NCBI GenBank assembly: GCA_963843145.1
Contig: CAWJJC010000028.1
Span: 320,001 to 384,000 of the forward strand
Reading direction: 5' to 3'
Source: an uncultured delta proteobacterium
GTDB taxonomy: Bacteria > Desulfobacterota > RBG-13-43-22
Length of the DNA stretch: 64,000 bases
Shown here: positions 1 to 9,912 of the stretch, one piece after another
How the letters are laid out: every line of letters begins with the position of its first letter
How positions within the stretch are numbered: the first letter of the stretch is position 1
Notes under the pieces: model-generated
The model's database searches: none
What the model was told of the DNA's origin: nothing
What the model saw: the letters and a program-made list of their open reading frames with translations, nothing else
Program-made: the position numbers and the translations under genes

Positions 1-2
1 GT

Positions 3-770
3 TTCAACGAAGCGGCTTATGAACTTTATCATTTTGTCTGGCATGAATTCTGCGATTGGTACCTGGAAATGATTAAACCGGTCCTCTACCAGGCCGAAGA
101 CAGCCGGGATCGGCAGGCCACCCGTCTGACCCTGCTCCGGTGTTTCGCCGCCATCCTGCGGCTGGTGCATCCCTTTATGCCCTTTGTCAGCGAGAAGCTC
201 TGGCAAACCCTGATGCGTACCTCGGATAGCATCCTGCAGGCGGGTTGGCCCGAGGCCGCAGATTTTCCGGAAGATTCGTCCGCTGAAGACCATATGGGCC
301 TGGTCCAGGGGCTTATTTATGAGATCCGCAATATCCGGGGAGAGATGAATATCCCGCCTTCTAAAAATGTGGAGATCTGGCTGCGCTGCCCGGGACCGGT
401 CCAGGAGGAACTCATTCAGGGATATCAGGAAAACGTATTGATACTCACCAAAGGGTCCAGCCTTACGTTTTTAGGAGCCCTGCAGGGCCCACCGGATACG
501 GCTATTTCGGGGGTCTATCAGGGAATTGAAATTTTTATCCCCCTGAAAGATATTCTTCAGTTTGAGGAGGAATTGAAACGGCTGGAAAAGGAGATTCAAA
601 AAACCAGGAAGGACTGGCAGCAAACGGAAAAGAAGTTGTCCAACGAGGATTTCCTCCAGAGGGCCCCGGCGGAGGTTATCCAGAAAGAAAAAGAAAAGGT
701 TCAGGTCTCAGGAAAGAAAATGGAAAAGCTGGAAGGGCATGTGAAACGCCTGAAAGCGCTGATGGCCTAA
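3..770 (+). CDS. valS: Valyl-tRNA synthetase, C-terminal part (5' end outside window)
   Basis: Frame is open from nt 3: FNEAAYELYHFVWHEFCDWYLEM...LVHPFMPFVSEKLWQ (anticodon-binding domain), then a C-terminal coiled coil with KKLSNEDFLQRAPAEVI. Confidence 0.96.
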   Translation, partial: FNEAAYELYHFVWHEFCDWYLEMIKPVLYQAEDSRDRQATRLTLLRCFAAILRLVHPFMPFVSEKLWQTLMRTSDSILQAGWPEAADFPEDSSAEDHMGLVQGLIYEIRNIRGEMNIPPSKNVEIWLRCPGPVQEELIQGYQENVLILTKGSSLTFLGALQGPPDTAISGVYQGIEIFIPLKDILQFEEELKRLEKEIQKTRKDWQQTEKKLSNEDFLQRAPAEVIQKEKEKVQVSGKKMEKLEGHVKRLKALMA

Positions 771-804
771 TTCCAACCAAAAATAATTGAATTTTTGGTT
801 GGAA
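771..804 (+). terminator. Hairpin immediately after the valS stop, possible terminator
   Basis: TTCCAACCAAAAAT-aattga-ATTTTTGGTTGGAA inverted repeat. Confidence 0.5.
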
Positions 805-1024
805 ACTCGAAATCCGAAACTCGAAACTCGAAACAAATTCGAATGACCGAAACTCGAAACGTTTTTGTTTGGGTCATTTGAATTTTGGACTTTCGTGTTT
901 GTTTCGGCCTGCGACGAGACCTGTCGGCGAGCCCTTCGACAGACTCAGGGCCTTGAGCTTGCCGAAAAGGCTCAGGTCGAGCCGCTCAGCCGAGTCGATT
1001 TCGTGCTTCGAATTTCGGATTTAG
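803..1024. repeat. Heptamer-based imperfect palindromic element (AAATCCG/AAACTCG...CGAATTT/CGGATTT), interrupted by a REP-like insert
   Basis: Tandem AAACTCG/AAATCCG units on the left and complementary units on the right; related copies at about 15610, 44913, 49547 and 51502. Confidence 0.85.
908..997. repeat. REP-like element (CCCTTCGACAGACTCAGG family)
   Basis: Its reverse complement closely matches 59745-59892 (GCCTTTTCGGCAAGCTCAAGGCCCTGAG...TGTCGAAGGGCTCGCCGA). Confidence 0.8.
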
Positions 1025-1044
1025 CTGAAGGCTGATCGCGTCTA

Positions 1045-1866
1045 TTAAGAAGATTGTTCCAGAAGTTCTCGGGATCTTCGGGTGGCCGCCTCGACGGCGT
1101 TCATCAGGATGCCCCGCAGCCCCGCTTTTTCCATTTCGTGCAGCCCGGCTATGGTCGTTCCCCCGGGGGAAGTGACCATATCTTTTAATTGTCCGAAGGT
1201 CAGGTTGGATTCCCGGGCCAGGGCGCTGGCCCCATACACCGTTTCCAGAGCCAGTTTCGAGGCTATGGGACGCGGCAGACCCATTTTGACCCCTGCGTCC
1301 GACAGGGCCTCCAGGATCACAAAGACATAGGCCGGGCCGCTGCCCGACAAGCCGGTAACGGCGTCGAACAGGGATTCATCCAGACGGACCGTTTCTCCCA
1401 CCGCCTTAAACAGGGATTCAGCCAGTTGGAAATCGTCCTCCCGAGCCGTTTCATTTCGGCACAAAGCGCTGATGCCGGCCTTGACCAGGGCCGGGGTATT
1501 GGGCATGACCCGGACGAGGCGGGGAGGGGAGGGAAAGGGCCGGGCCAGTTGGTCCAGGGTTATGCCGGCGGCTATGGAGACCAGCAGTTTCTCCGGAGAC
1601 CAGAGGGGGACGAGGGCCTTCAGCGCCTTGGGGATCTGCTGGGGTTTGACGGCCAAAATCACCACCCGGCTGGGTCCCACCACCGGACCGGCAGTCGAGG
1701 CGGTCTGGACACCATAGGTTTTCTTTAAATAGGCCAGTCGATCCTGCAGGACATCAACCACCCGGCATTGACCGGCTGACAGGGTCTTCCCTTGAAGGAG
1801 TCCCTTGAGCAGGGCCTCGGCCATATTTCCGCCGCCGATAAATCCAACCTGAACTTTTTTAGCCAT
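1045..1866 (-). CDS. proC: Pyrroline-5-carboxylate reductase
   Basis: GFIGGGNMA Rossmann motif, LAVKPQ, RVMPNTP, GLSGSGPAY, VTSPGGTT. Confidence 0.97.
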   Translation of the reverse strand: MAKKVQVGFIGGGNMAEALLKGLLQGKTLSAGQCRVVDVLQDRLAYLKKTYGVQTASTAGPVVGPSRVVILAVKPQQIPKALKALVPLWSPEKLLVSIAAGITLDQLARPFPSPPRLVRVMPNTPALVKAGISALCRNETAREDDFQLAESLFKAVGETVRLDESLFDAVTGLSGSGPAYVFVILEALSDAGVKMGLPRPIASKLALETVYGASALARESNLTFGQLKDMVTSPGGTTIAGLHEMEKAGLRGILMNAVEAATRRSRELLEQSS

Positions 1867-1884
1867 CGGTTCCCCCTATCCTTC

Positions 1885-1968
1885 TTCGATTATCGTCGTT
1901 TCCGTTTATCTCGTTTGTTTGGTTTTCAAAACGAAACAACCAGAAAAACAAAACAAACCAAACAACCG
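1885..1968. repeat. Low-complexity imperfect palindromic repeat of about 9-nt period (CGTTT.../AAAC...)
   Basis: GTTT-rich left arm and AAAC-rich right arm between the AI-2E gene and proC. Confidence 0.45.
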
Positions 1969-1992
1969 TTGGGCGCTTTGCGCCCCGCGCCT

Positions 1993-3075
1993 TTAAACGG
2001 CCGATTTTTCCGTCAAATAATCCTGCTTGTAGATTTCAAAAAGGGTCATCAGAAAAGACAGGACCACCGGCCCTAAGATAAAACCAAGAAATCCGAAATA
2101 CATGATTCCGCCCAGGACGCTCAAAAAGGTCAGCAGAGGATGGAGATTGGCATCCCCTTTCAGCAGAGCCGGCCGGAGGATGTTGTCGGCCCCGGAGATG
2201 ATCAGGGTCCCCCAGAGGGCCAGGCCGATGGCCATCCAGACGGAGGAGGCCAAAGCCAGATAGATGGCGGCCGGGACCCAGATGATGCCGGTTCCCACCA
2301 GGGGGACGACCGAACTGAAGACCATGCAGACTCCCCAAAAGGCGGCCGAGGGGATACCGAAGATCCAAAAGCCGATGCCCCCCAGCAGCCCTTGAACAAA
2401 GGCCACAATGATGGACCCTTTCAGTGTGGCCTTGATGGTCCGCTCCAACTGCTCCAGGATGCGGTCACCGTGGGCCTCTTCCAGAGGATTAAGTGCTTTG
2501 ATTTCCTTTAAAAATTTGTCGCCATCGATAATCAGGAAGAAACTGATGAAGAGCGTAATGATGATGTTTAACAGGAAACCGATGAAACCTTTGGCAAAGC
2601 CGGTCATTTGGGTATAAACGAAGTCAGACAGGGATTTTAATAGGTTGCCCACATGGCTCCAAATCTCGACGGAATAGCCATAATAACTTAAAGGCTCCAA
2701 GAGTCGGTCCAAGGCGTCAACCTGGGATTCCAGGGCTTTCTCCAAGGTGCCTTTTTGCAGGCCCTGGGTAATGGATTGATAGAGATCGAAGGATTGTTGG
2801 GTGATGACCCCGGAAAGAAGGACCACCGGTATCAGGAAAACCAGCATGACCAGCAGAATGGTTACCAGGCCGGCGGGAATCCGGCGTCCTCGAAAAACCC
2901 TCAATAACTTCTTGAAGACCGGATAAAAAACCAGCGAAATTAGGATAGAAATGAATATGTCGTTTAAAAAAGGTCTGATGATTAAAAAGAAGAGATAAAG
3001 TACTCCGAGGAGAAAAATGATCAATATAAATTTGGGGACGGTATTTTCGTTTTGAGGGAATCGCGGCCAGGGCAT
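1993..3075 (-). CDS. AI-2E family transporter
   Basis: Multi-TM protein with the typical C-terminal motifs DNILRP and GGIMYFGFLGFILGP. Confidence 0.92.
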   Translation of the reverse strand: MPWPRFPQNENTVPKFILIIFLLGVLYLFFLIIRPFLNDIFISILISLVFYPVFKKLLRVFRGRRIPAGLVTILLVMLVFLIPVVLLSGVITQQSFDLYQSITQGLQKGTLEKALESQVDALDRLLEPLSYYGYSVEIWSHVGNLLKSLSDFVYTQMTGFAKGFIGFLLNIIITLFISFFLIIDGDKFLKEIKALNPLEEAHGDRILEQLERTIKATLKGSIIVAFVQGLLGGIGFWIFGIPSAAFWGVCMVFSSVVPLVGTGIIWVPAAIYLALASSVWMAIGLALWGTLIISGADNILRPALLKGDANLHPLLTFLSVLGGIMYFGFLGFILGPVVLSFLMTLFEIYKQDYLTEKSAV

Positions 3076-3099
3076 AAGCTTAAGTCTCTAGCGGTTCGA

Positions 3100-3405
3100 C
3101 TATTCGCCGCCGCCGGTCCAGGCCTTCTTGAGACCCTTCCCCATGTTCTTGAATCCCTTGCCGATTCCCTGACCCAAGTCCTTGAATCCTTCCCCGATTT
3201 CTTTCCCGCCTTCCTTAATCTTGGCCTTGGGGGAAGAACCGGATTTGGATTTCTTTTTGGCTTTCGGACCGGGAGATTTGGTGGTCTCCGCTTGAACGGT
3301 TTCTTTCCCGGAAGCCGGATCTAGGGGTTGGCTCTGAGCCCAGGAAAGGGTTGCCCCTAATAAACAAAGGGCGGAAATCAAAAGCAGGAATAACAGCCGT
3401 TTCAT
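3100..3405 (-). CDS. Small exported Lys/Gly-rich hypothetical protein
   Basis: Signal peptide MKRLLFLLLISALCLLGATLSWA; amphipathic GKEIGEGFKDLGQGIGKGFK repeats; GGGAGA RBS before the ATG at 3405. Confidence 0.7.
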   Translation of the reverse strand: MKRLLFLLLISALCLLGATLSWAQSQPLDPASGKETVQAETTKSPGPKAKKKSKSGSSPKAKIKEGGKEIGEGFKDLGQGIGKGFKNMGKGLKKAWTGGGE

Positions 3406-3528
3406 GTCTTTCTCCCTGTTTGGCAATGACAAGTCGAGGTAATTTTTTCGAAACCTTCAGGTTATTAAAATTACTATTATACTCGGGTTATTTTCCCTTA
3501 GCAACCGGTTTTGAATTATAATAATCCC

Positions 3529-4542
3529 ATGAATCCCCTTTTTCATCCCCAACTGGTAAACGGCCCTTGGGGAGACCCGGTCTTGTATATCGAACTTAAA
3601 TTTGACCGAAGGGCCATCCTTTTCGATTTGGGGGAGGTGCGGCTTCTCCCTACCCGGAAACTGCTAAAAGTGACCCATGTTTTTATTTCGCACACCCATT
3701 TGGACCATTTCATTGGGTTTGATCATCTCTTGCGGATTTTTCTGGGCAGGGAAAAGACGGTCTTTTTTTACGGGCCTCCGCAGTTTATCGATCAATTGGA
3801 ATCCAAGCTTCGGGCCTATACCTGGAACCTGGTGGAAAATTACGCTAATAATCTGCTCCTGATCGCCTATGAAATACATCCGGATCGGGTGCTGGAGGCC
3901 CATTTCCCGATTGGAAAAGCTTTTCGAAAATCCGTCCTTAGAGAAACGATCAAGCCCTTTGATGGCCGGCTTCACGAAGAGGAGGCCTTCCTAATCCAGT
4001 CCGTATTTCTGGATCACAAAATTCCCAGCCTGGCCTTCTCCCTGGAGGAACGCTGTCATCTGAACATCCTGAAAACCGGTCTGGCGGAAATGAACCTACC
4101 CCGGGGGTTATGGCTGAAAGGACTTAAGGAGGCCATTTGGCGCGGGGAAAAGGCTGATTTTCCGGTGCGGGTCTGGGGCCAGGACCGGGAAGGCTTCCCG
4201 GAATGCACTTTCCCCTTAGGGCGCCTGAAAAAAAAGGTGATTAAAATCACGGCCGGTCAGAAGATCGGGTATCTGGTGGATACGGTCCTCAATGAGAAAA
4301 CCGAAAAGGACATGGTGAACCTGGCCCGGGGATCGGATCTCCTGTTTATTGAGGCGGCTTTTCTTGATCGAGACCGGGAAAGGGCCCGGGATAAATGCCA
4401 CTTGACCGCGGCCCAGGCCGGGAGGGTGGCCCGGCAGGCCGGGGTAAAACGGATGATTCCCATCCATTTTTCTCCGAAATATTCCCGGAATCCGGAAATC
4501 CTCGAAAAAGAGGCCCTGAACGCCTTTCAGGGACGTTTTTAA
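3529..4542 (+). CDS. Ribonuclease Z-like metallo-beta-lactamase fold hydrolase
   Basis: SHTHLDH metal motif, LFIEA, CHLTAAQAG, HFSPKY. Confidence 0.88.
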   Translation: MNPLFHPQLVNGPWGDPVLYIELKFDRRAILFDLGEVRLLPTRKLLKVTHVFISHTHLDHFIGFDHLLRIFLGREKTVFFYGPPQFIDQLESKLRAYTWNLVENYANNLLLIAYEIHPDRVLEAHFPIGKAFRKSVLRETIKPFDGRLHEEEAFLIQSVFLDHKIPSLAFSLEERCHLNILKTGLAEMNLPRGLWLKGLKEAIWRGEKADFPVRVWGQDREGFPECTFPLGRLKKKVIKITAGQKIGYLVDTVLNEKTEKDMVNLARGSDLLFIEAAFLDRDRERARDKCHLTAAQAGRVARQAGVKRMIPIHFSPKYSRNPEILEKEALNAFQGRF

Positions 4543-4636
4543 AGAGACGACCTATCGCCTTGTCGGGCGGGTACCCTTTGCCAGGTTAGGGCGCCAAGAC
4601 TTGACGGTTGAAGAGCCCGTTCTGCTACTGAATGAC

Positions 4637-4675
4637 ATTAATAATTAATAATCAATTGTTAATTATTAACTATTG
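4637..4675. repeat. AT-rich heptamer palindromic repeat (TTAATAA/TCAATTG)
   Basis: Similar to 9801-9848 (AATAATCAATTGATAATTAACAATTAACAATTGATTATT). Confidence 0.55.
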
Positions 4676-4812
4676 ATGAATGCCCGAGTGGCCGCCGGGT
4701 TCTTTTTTCGTATTAACCCCCCCTTCTCGGCCACCCACCCAGAAGGACGAACAACCAAAAAGGCTTTAACCCCGAGTCGGATTCTGTTATAAGGGGAAGA
4801 GGAGGGTGGCCC

Positions 4813-5154
4813 ATGGAGTTCGATCAACGCCCCTGGGGTAATTATCAGGTATTGGCTGATGAACCGGACCATAAGGTCAAAAGGATCGTGGTCTATTCGG
4901 GGAAGCGATTGAGCCTGCAACGGCACCAACAGCGGGCCGAGCACTGGTATTTGATTGCCGGGCAGGCCTGGGTGACCTTGGACCAGGAAAAGATTTTTTT
5001 AGGAGCAGGGCAGGCGGTGGATATCCCCCGGGGGGCCAGACATCGGATAGAGAACCCGGGTCCGCGGGAGGTGGTTTTTATTGAAGTTCAAACCGGCGAC
5101 TATTTCGGAGAAGACGATATTGAACGCTTCGAGGACGATTACGGACGCATTTGA
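4813..5154 (+). CDS. Cupin, phosphomannose isomerase type II C-terminal domain
   Basis: RPWG, RLSLQRHQQRAEHW, IEVQTGDYFGEDDIERFEDDYGR. Confidence 0.93.
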   Translation: MEFDQRPWGNYQVLADEPDHKVKRIVVYSGKRLSLQRHQQRAEHWYLIAGQAWVTLDQEKIFLGAGQAVDIPRGARHRIENPGPREVVFIEVQTGDYFGEDDIERFEDDYGRI

Positions 5155-5833
5155 AGATCCTATTTATCTGAAACCCACGGCCATCCTGGACAGCGATCAT
5201 CCCCGGATAGCGGCCTTTGCCCGCCAGTCGGCCGGCCAGTCCATCGACCCGGTGGAACAGGCGATGCGGATTTATTACGCCGTCCGGGATGGGATCCGTT
5301 ACGATCCCTATTATCCCTTTTATCTCCCCGAACACTATCGGGCGAGCAATGTCCTGGCCAGCGGTCGGGGCTATTGCGTTAGCAAGGCTTCCCTCTTGTG
5401 CGCCTTAGGGCGGGCCCTGGGCATTCCCTCCCGAGTGGGGTTTGCCACGGTTCGCAATCACCTGGCCACAAAGCAATTGATCGAATTTCTCGGCTCGGAT
5501 CTGTTTGTTTATCACGGCTATACCGATTTCTTTCTGGAGGGGAAGTGGGTTAAGGCGACGCCGGCCTTCAATAGAGAGTTGTGCCTTCGGCATCGGGTTG
5601 CTCCGCTGGAATTCAACGGGCGGGAGGATTCGATTTTCCAACCCTTTAATCACGAAAACAACCGCTTTATGGAATACCTGGACTTCCTCGGCACCTATGA
5701 CGATATCCCGGTGGAAGTAATTGTTCAGGCTTGGGAAGAGGCCTATGGGCTTGATCGGGTCCAAGGCTGGATCGCCGGTTTCGAGTCCCGGAAACGGAAA
5801 CGGGATTTCTATCAAGAAGAGGTAATTCAATAA
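5081..5833 (+). CDS. Transglutaminase-like family protein (true start uncertain, possibly TTG 5120)
   Basis: VRDGIRYDPY, GYCVSKA (Cys), YHGY (His), GKWVKATPAF. Confidence 0.88.
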   Translation: MKFKPATISEKTILNASRTITDAFEDPIYLKPTAILDSDHPRIAAFARQSAGQSIDPVEQAMRIYYAVRDGIRYDPYYPFYLPEHYRASNVLASGRGYCVSKASLLCALGRALGIPSRVGFATVRNHLATKQLIEFLGSDLFVYHGYTDFFLEGKWVKATPAFNRELCLRHRVAPLEFNGREDSIFQPFNHENNRFMEYLDFLGTYDDIPVEVIVQAWEEAYGLDRVQGWIAGFESRKRKRDFYQEEVIQ

Positions 5834-5883
5834 GATGAGCAGAGTGCCCAGCGCTGAGCGACCTACAAGGATGCTGGCTTAGG

Positions 5884-6205
5884 CTGAAATCGGGCCTCCG
5901 AGGCCGCTGGGTCTCGAAGGCCCCATCGATTGGGGGGTACTCTCCCCATATCAGTTATGGCCGTGAGGGCTCGGCGAAAGGGTTTTCCAAAGGTACTCCG
6001 GACTTCGAATCCGGGCCTCAGTTACTAATTTTATTTAAAGCAGGCCCATACTCAGCGTATTTTGACGTCTCTTAGGCTGGCCCTACCTCTTGGAAAATTT
6101 GAAAATAAGAGGGCCGGGTTAGAACCTAAAAAGCAATATGGAAAACCCTTTCGCCGAGCCCCCACGGCCACGGAGGCCCGATTTCAGGTTAATTGCCATA
6201 AACTG
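5884..6205. repeat. Long inverted-repeat (MITE-like or structured) element upstream of purC
   Basis: 5884-5900 is complementary to 6171-6187 (17/17); 5958-5989 is complementary to 6139-6170 (31/32). Confidence 0.7.
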
Positions 6206-6265
6206 TGGCCACTCAGCCCAAAGGGCGCACAACCAAACAAATTGGATAGTGGAGGTAGTTGAACC

Positions 6266-7156
6266 ATGGAAACAGCGGCACTGATGGAAACCAATTTCCC
6301 AAACCTGAACCTGATTAACCGGGGAAAGGTCCGGGATATTTATGATTTGGGAGAACAGCTTTTGATCGTGGCCACGGACCGGATTTCAGCCTTTGACGTG
6401 GTCATGCCCAACCCCATCCCGGGCAAGGGTCGAATATTGACCCAGTTATCCAAGTTCTGGTTTTCTCACATGGCGTCCCTGGTGCCCAATCACCTGATCA
6501 CCACGGAGGTAAAGGATTTTCCAGCCTCCTGTCAACCCTATGAGGATGACCTGACGGGCCGAAGTATGCTGGTTAAAAAGGCCGCCCCGCTCCCGGTGGA
6601 ATGTATCGTCCGCGGTTATCTTTCCGGTTCGGGCTGGAAGGATTACCAGCAGACGGGCCAAGTCTGCGGGATCGCTTTGCCGAAGGGTTTGAAGGAATCC
6701 GACCGGCTGGACCAGCCTATTTTTACCCCTTCCACCAAAGCGGAGTCCGGGACCCACGATGAAAATATCCCGGTTGACGAGGTGGTCCGGAAACTGGGAC
6801 CAACCGTGGCGGACCGCCTGGCCACGGTCAGCCTGGCGGTTTATGAAAAAGCCCGGCGTCTCGGGGAAGAAAAAGGGATCATCATCGCCGACACCAAATT
6901 TGAATTCGGTTTTCAGAACGACACGCTGCTTTTAATCGACGAGGTCCTGACGCCGGATTCCTCCCGTTTCTGGCCCCGGGACCAATACCGCCCCGGAGGA
7001 CCGCAGGTCAGTTTCGATAAACAGTTTCTACGGGATTATCTGGAATCGCTTCACTGGGACAAGAAACCACCGGCCCCGCCGCTCCCGGCGGATATCATCG
7101 AGAAGACCCGCGCCAAATACGAAGAGGCCCTGCGGATATTTACCGGTTCTGCTTAA
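6266..7156 (+). CDS. purC: SAICAR synthase
   Basis: [49 protein letters not shown]; GGAGG RBS. Confidence 0.97.
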   Translation: METAALMETNFPNLNLINRGKVRDIYDLGEQLLIVATDRISAFDVVMPNPIPGKGRILTQLSKFWFSHMASLVPNHLITTEVKDFPASCQPYEDDLTGRSMLVKKAAPLPVECIVRGYLSGSGWKDYQQTGQVCGIALPKGLKESDRLDQPIFTPSTKAESGTHDENIPVDEVVRKLGPTVADRLATVSLAVYEKARRLGEEKGIIIADTKFEFGFQNDTLLLIDEVLTPDSSRFWPRDQYRPGGPQVSFDKQFLRDYLESLHWDKKPPAPPLPADIIEKTRAKYEEALRIFTGSA

Positions 7157-7355
7157 AGCGTCGAATGGAGCGGTCATAGGTTTTCTCCACCTCCGGGGTG
7201 AAATAACAGGCCGGCAGCTCCCCATTGCGGCGATGGTAATGGAGACACTGGCAGCAGAGTCCGTGCTTTTCGCAGCCGGAATAGGTGCAATTGCAGTGTG
7301 TTGAGTTTTCCTTGACGTTCGGGCATTGTTCCCGCATCTGGGCGTAGTTCGGCAT
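7140..7355 (-). CDS. Small Cys-rich protein (DUF6485-like)
   Basis: [37 protein letters not shown] pattern; GGAGG RBS. Confidence 0.8.
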   Translation of the reverse strand: MPNYAQMREQCPNVKENSTHCNCTYSGCEKHGLCCQCLHYHRRNGELPACYFTPEVEKTYDRSIRRFKQNR

Positions 7356-7498
7356 GTGCAGATCCTCCAGGGAAGTTTTTTGTCTGGGAATATATCATCC
7401 CCTCCTCCTAAATTTCAACCGGGAATACCCGGGAGGAGTGAACCTCCATGACCCGGGCTGGGCGCAACCGCGAAGCATGCAAATAAAAGGGTATACCG

Positions 7499-7595
7499 GT
7501 CATTGCGAGGAGCGAAGTGACGAAGCAATTCCCCCATTGAGCTTGGGGAGCGTTGCAGGCCAACTGGGGGATTGCTTCGCCTCGCTCGCCATGAC
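7499..7595. repeat. REP-like palindrome (GTCATTGCGAGGAGCGAAG...GATTGCTTCGCCTCGCTCGCCATGAC)
   Basis: Self-complementary arms; a partial copy lies at 34507-34540. Confidence 0.8.
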
Positions 7596-7652
7596 AGGCG
7601 GGTGCAGTGGCATTTTCGTATTAAGCGGTCACCCTGAAAGGAAAAGCGTCCT

Positions 7653-8621
7653 TTGAACACAGTCCAATTTCCGTTCAAAGAAACAACCATTGACTTGAAG
7701 GACATTGACTGGCGGGATACCACCTTTCAAATCACCTACGGCCGTTCCCTGCAATCCCTCAAGGCCTCTATCCAGGCCATCGGACTTCAGCCGCCTCCCG
7801 TCCTGCAGGAGGGGGGGGGTGAAGGGTTGCGCATTGTTTCCGGGCGCCGAAGGCTTCTGGTCTGGAAACAGCTCCATCGATCGGCCTGCCCGGTCCGGTT
7901 GGTTTCCGCCGATCAGCCGGAAAAGGAACTTTTTCTCTTTTGTTTCTATGAAGCGATCGGCCGGGGCGCGCTCAATATCATTGAACAGGCGGTCGTCCTG
8001 GAGAAACTGTTAAGGTATTTTCCGGAAGACCGGGTCCTCTCCGACTATCTGCCTTTACTGGGCCTGGCCTCCAAAAAGGAAATCCTGAATCGCTACTTGC
8101 GGATAGCCGCCGCCGGTCCCTGGTTTTGGCCGGCGGTCGTCGAGGGGAAACTATTCCCGGAAACCCTGGAAGGGATCGACCAGGATTTTCCCGCTCTCCG
8201 CGAATTGCTCGCCTCTGTGCTGATCCATTTACGGTGGGGCTTCCAAAAGCAAAGGGAATTCCTGGCCGGCCTGAAGGAATTGGCCCTGAGGCAGGGGGTC
8301 AAGCCCGAAAAAATACTCATCGCTCCGCCCCTAACAGAATGGCTGAAAGGCGGGGATTTAAGTCCCCAGCAGCAAGGGGAGGCCATTCGAAAGTTCCTTC
8401 ACCAAGCGCTTTTTCCGGTTTCCACGGAAACGGAAAAAGAATTTAACGAAAAACGGGCCCGGATGAAACTGGATCCCCGGACCCAATTGACGCCGCCGCC
8501 CTTTTTTGAAGGTGGGACCTATCGGTTGGAAGTGCGGTTTTCAGAAGAGAAAGAATTGAAAGAGTCCCTGGATCGGATCCAACGGGCACTCGAATCCGGC
8601 TGTTTCGAAGACCTGCCATGA
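7653..8621 (+). CDS. ParB/Srx N-terminal domain protein
   Basis: LKASIQAIGLQPPPVL...IVSGRRRL ParB-like motif. Confidence 0.8.
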   Translation: MNTVQFPFKETTIDLKDIDWRDTTFQITYGRSLQSLKASIQAIGLQPPPVLQEGGGEGLRIVSGRRRLLVWKQLHRSACPVRLVSADQPEKELFLFCFYEAIGRGALNIIEQAVVLEKLLRYFPEDRVLSDYLPLLGLASKKEILNRYLRIAAAGPWFWPAVVEGKLFPETLEGIDQDFPALRELLASVLIHLRWGFQKQREFLAGLKELALRQGVKPEKILIAPPLTEWLKGGDLSPQQQGEAIRKFLHQALFPVSTETEKEFNEKRARMKLDPRTQLTPPPFFEGGTYRLEVRFSEEKELKESLDRIQRALESGCFEDLP

Positions 8622-8627
8622 AGATTT

Positions 8628-9719
8628 ATGTTCAAATTTGAAAAAATAATCATTCATCGGGAAGTAGCCGCGACCCCCTTAGCTCGAAATATTCGACGAG
8701 CTTTCAGCGACTTGCCGCTGGAATGGGTGGATCGGGAGCCGGAGCCCGGGTCGACGAAAATTTCGCTGAGGCAATCGAAGCGAATCCTTTATCTGACGGC
8801 CTTCCGAGGGCAATTGGTCAAACCCTGCCCCGGCACGAAGGAGTATATCTGTTGCGGCTATCAGATTCTCAATACCGCCACGAACTGTCCGATCGACTGC
8901 AGTTACTGCATCCTGCAGGCCTATTTTAACCAATCTTTCATCCGCCTTTTTGCCAACACGGATGAAATATTCGCCCGGTTGAAAGCCTACGTTTCCGAAC
9001 GGAAAGGAAGTCCGGTTCGTCTGGGCACCGGTGAATTCACCGACAGTCTGGCCCTGGATCCGGTTACGCAGTTCTCCTCCCTGTTGGCCGAAGCGGTCGC
9101 GGGCCATCCCAATTTAGTCGTAGAGTTGAAAACCAAATCCCGGGGCATCGAAAATCTGCTGCGTTTGCCGCTAGTGGAACCCTTCCTGCTCTCCTGGTCT
9201 TTAAACGCCGAGGGGATTATCCACAGGGAAGAGCAGGGAGCCGCCAGCCTGGTCGAGCGATTGGCGGCGGCGGAAGCCTGCCAGAAGAAAGGGTATCGGT
9301 TGGGGTTCCACTTCGACCCCCTGATCTACTTTCCGGGTTGGGAGGATGCCTACCAAAATACGGTCAGTCGACTATTTCAACGGATCCGACCCGAGAATAT
9401 CGCCTGGATCAGCCTGGGTTGTTTTCGCTACCTGCCGGTTTTGAAACCCATTATCCAAGAAAGGTTTCCTCGGTCCCGTTTTATTCACCAGGAGTTTATC
9501 CCGGCCATAGACGGAAAAAGACGTTACCCCCAAACCCTGCGGGTGGAAATGTACCGGCGGATGGTGGGATGGATCAGGGAGTACGCGCAGGAGGCCATGG
9601 TTTATTTGTGCATGGAGAGCCCGGTGGTCTGGAAAAAGGTCTTTGGGTTCATCCCCGGATCCGGGCATCCGACCTTGGCCGAGATGCTCGATTCGCGGGT
9701 GGGAATGAAAAGCCCCTGA
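8628..9719 (+). CDS. Radical SAM protein, spore photoproduct lyase (SplB)-like family
   Basis: CPIDCSYC (CX3CX2C), GEFTDSL, ELKTKS, GFHFDP, YLCMES. Confidence 0.88.
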   Translation: MFKFEKIIIHREVAATPLARNIRRAFSDLPLEWVDREPEPGSTKISLRQSKRILYLTAFRGQLVKPCPGTKEYICCGYQILNTATNCPIDCSYCILQAYFNQSFIRLFANTDEIFARLKAYVSERKGSPVRLGTGEFTDSLALDPVTQFSSLLAEAVAGHPNLVVELKTKSRGIENLLRLPLVEPFLLSWSLNAEGIIHREEQGAASLVERLAAAEACQKKGYRLGFHFDPLIYFPGWEDAYQNTVSRLFQRIRPENIAWISLGCFRYLPVLKPIIQERFPRSRFIHQEFIPAIDGKRRYPQTLRVEMYRRMVGWIREYAQEAMVYLCMESPVVWKKVFGFIPGSGHPTLAEMLDSRVGMKSP

Positions 9720-9800
9720 CCGTGACGATCAAGGGCTTCTCGGATGATCCCTGGGCACGGGGTTTAGTGCGAAAATAGACTCCATGGCCTGCAAAAGGGC

Positions 9801-9848
9801 CAATAATCAATTGATAATTAACAATTAACAATTGATTATTGATTATTA
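9801..9848. repeat. AT-rich heptamer palindromic repeat
   Basis: AATAATCAATTG-ATAATTAACAATTAA-CAATTGATTATT. Confidence 0.55.
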
Positions 9849-9912
9849 AAGTTAAGCAGTTAAGATTGTATCTCCCCTCCTGGGCATGTTGGGGTTAATG
9901 GAAAAATAGAAA

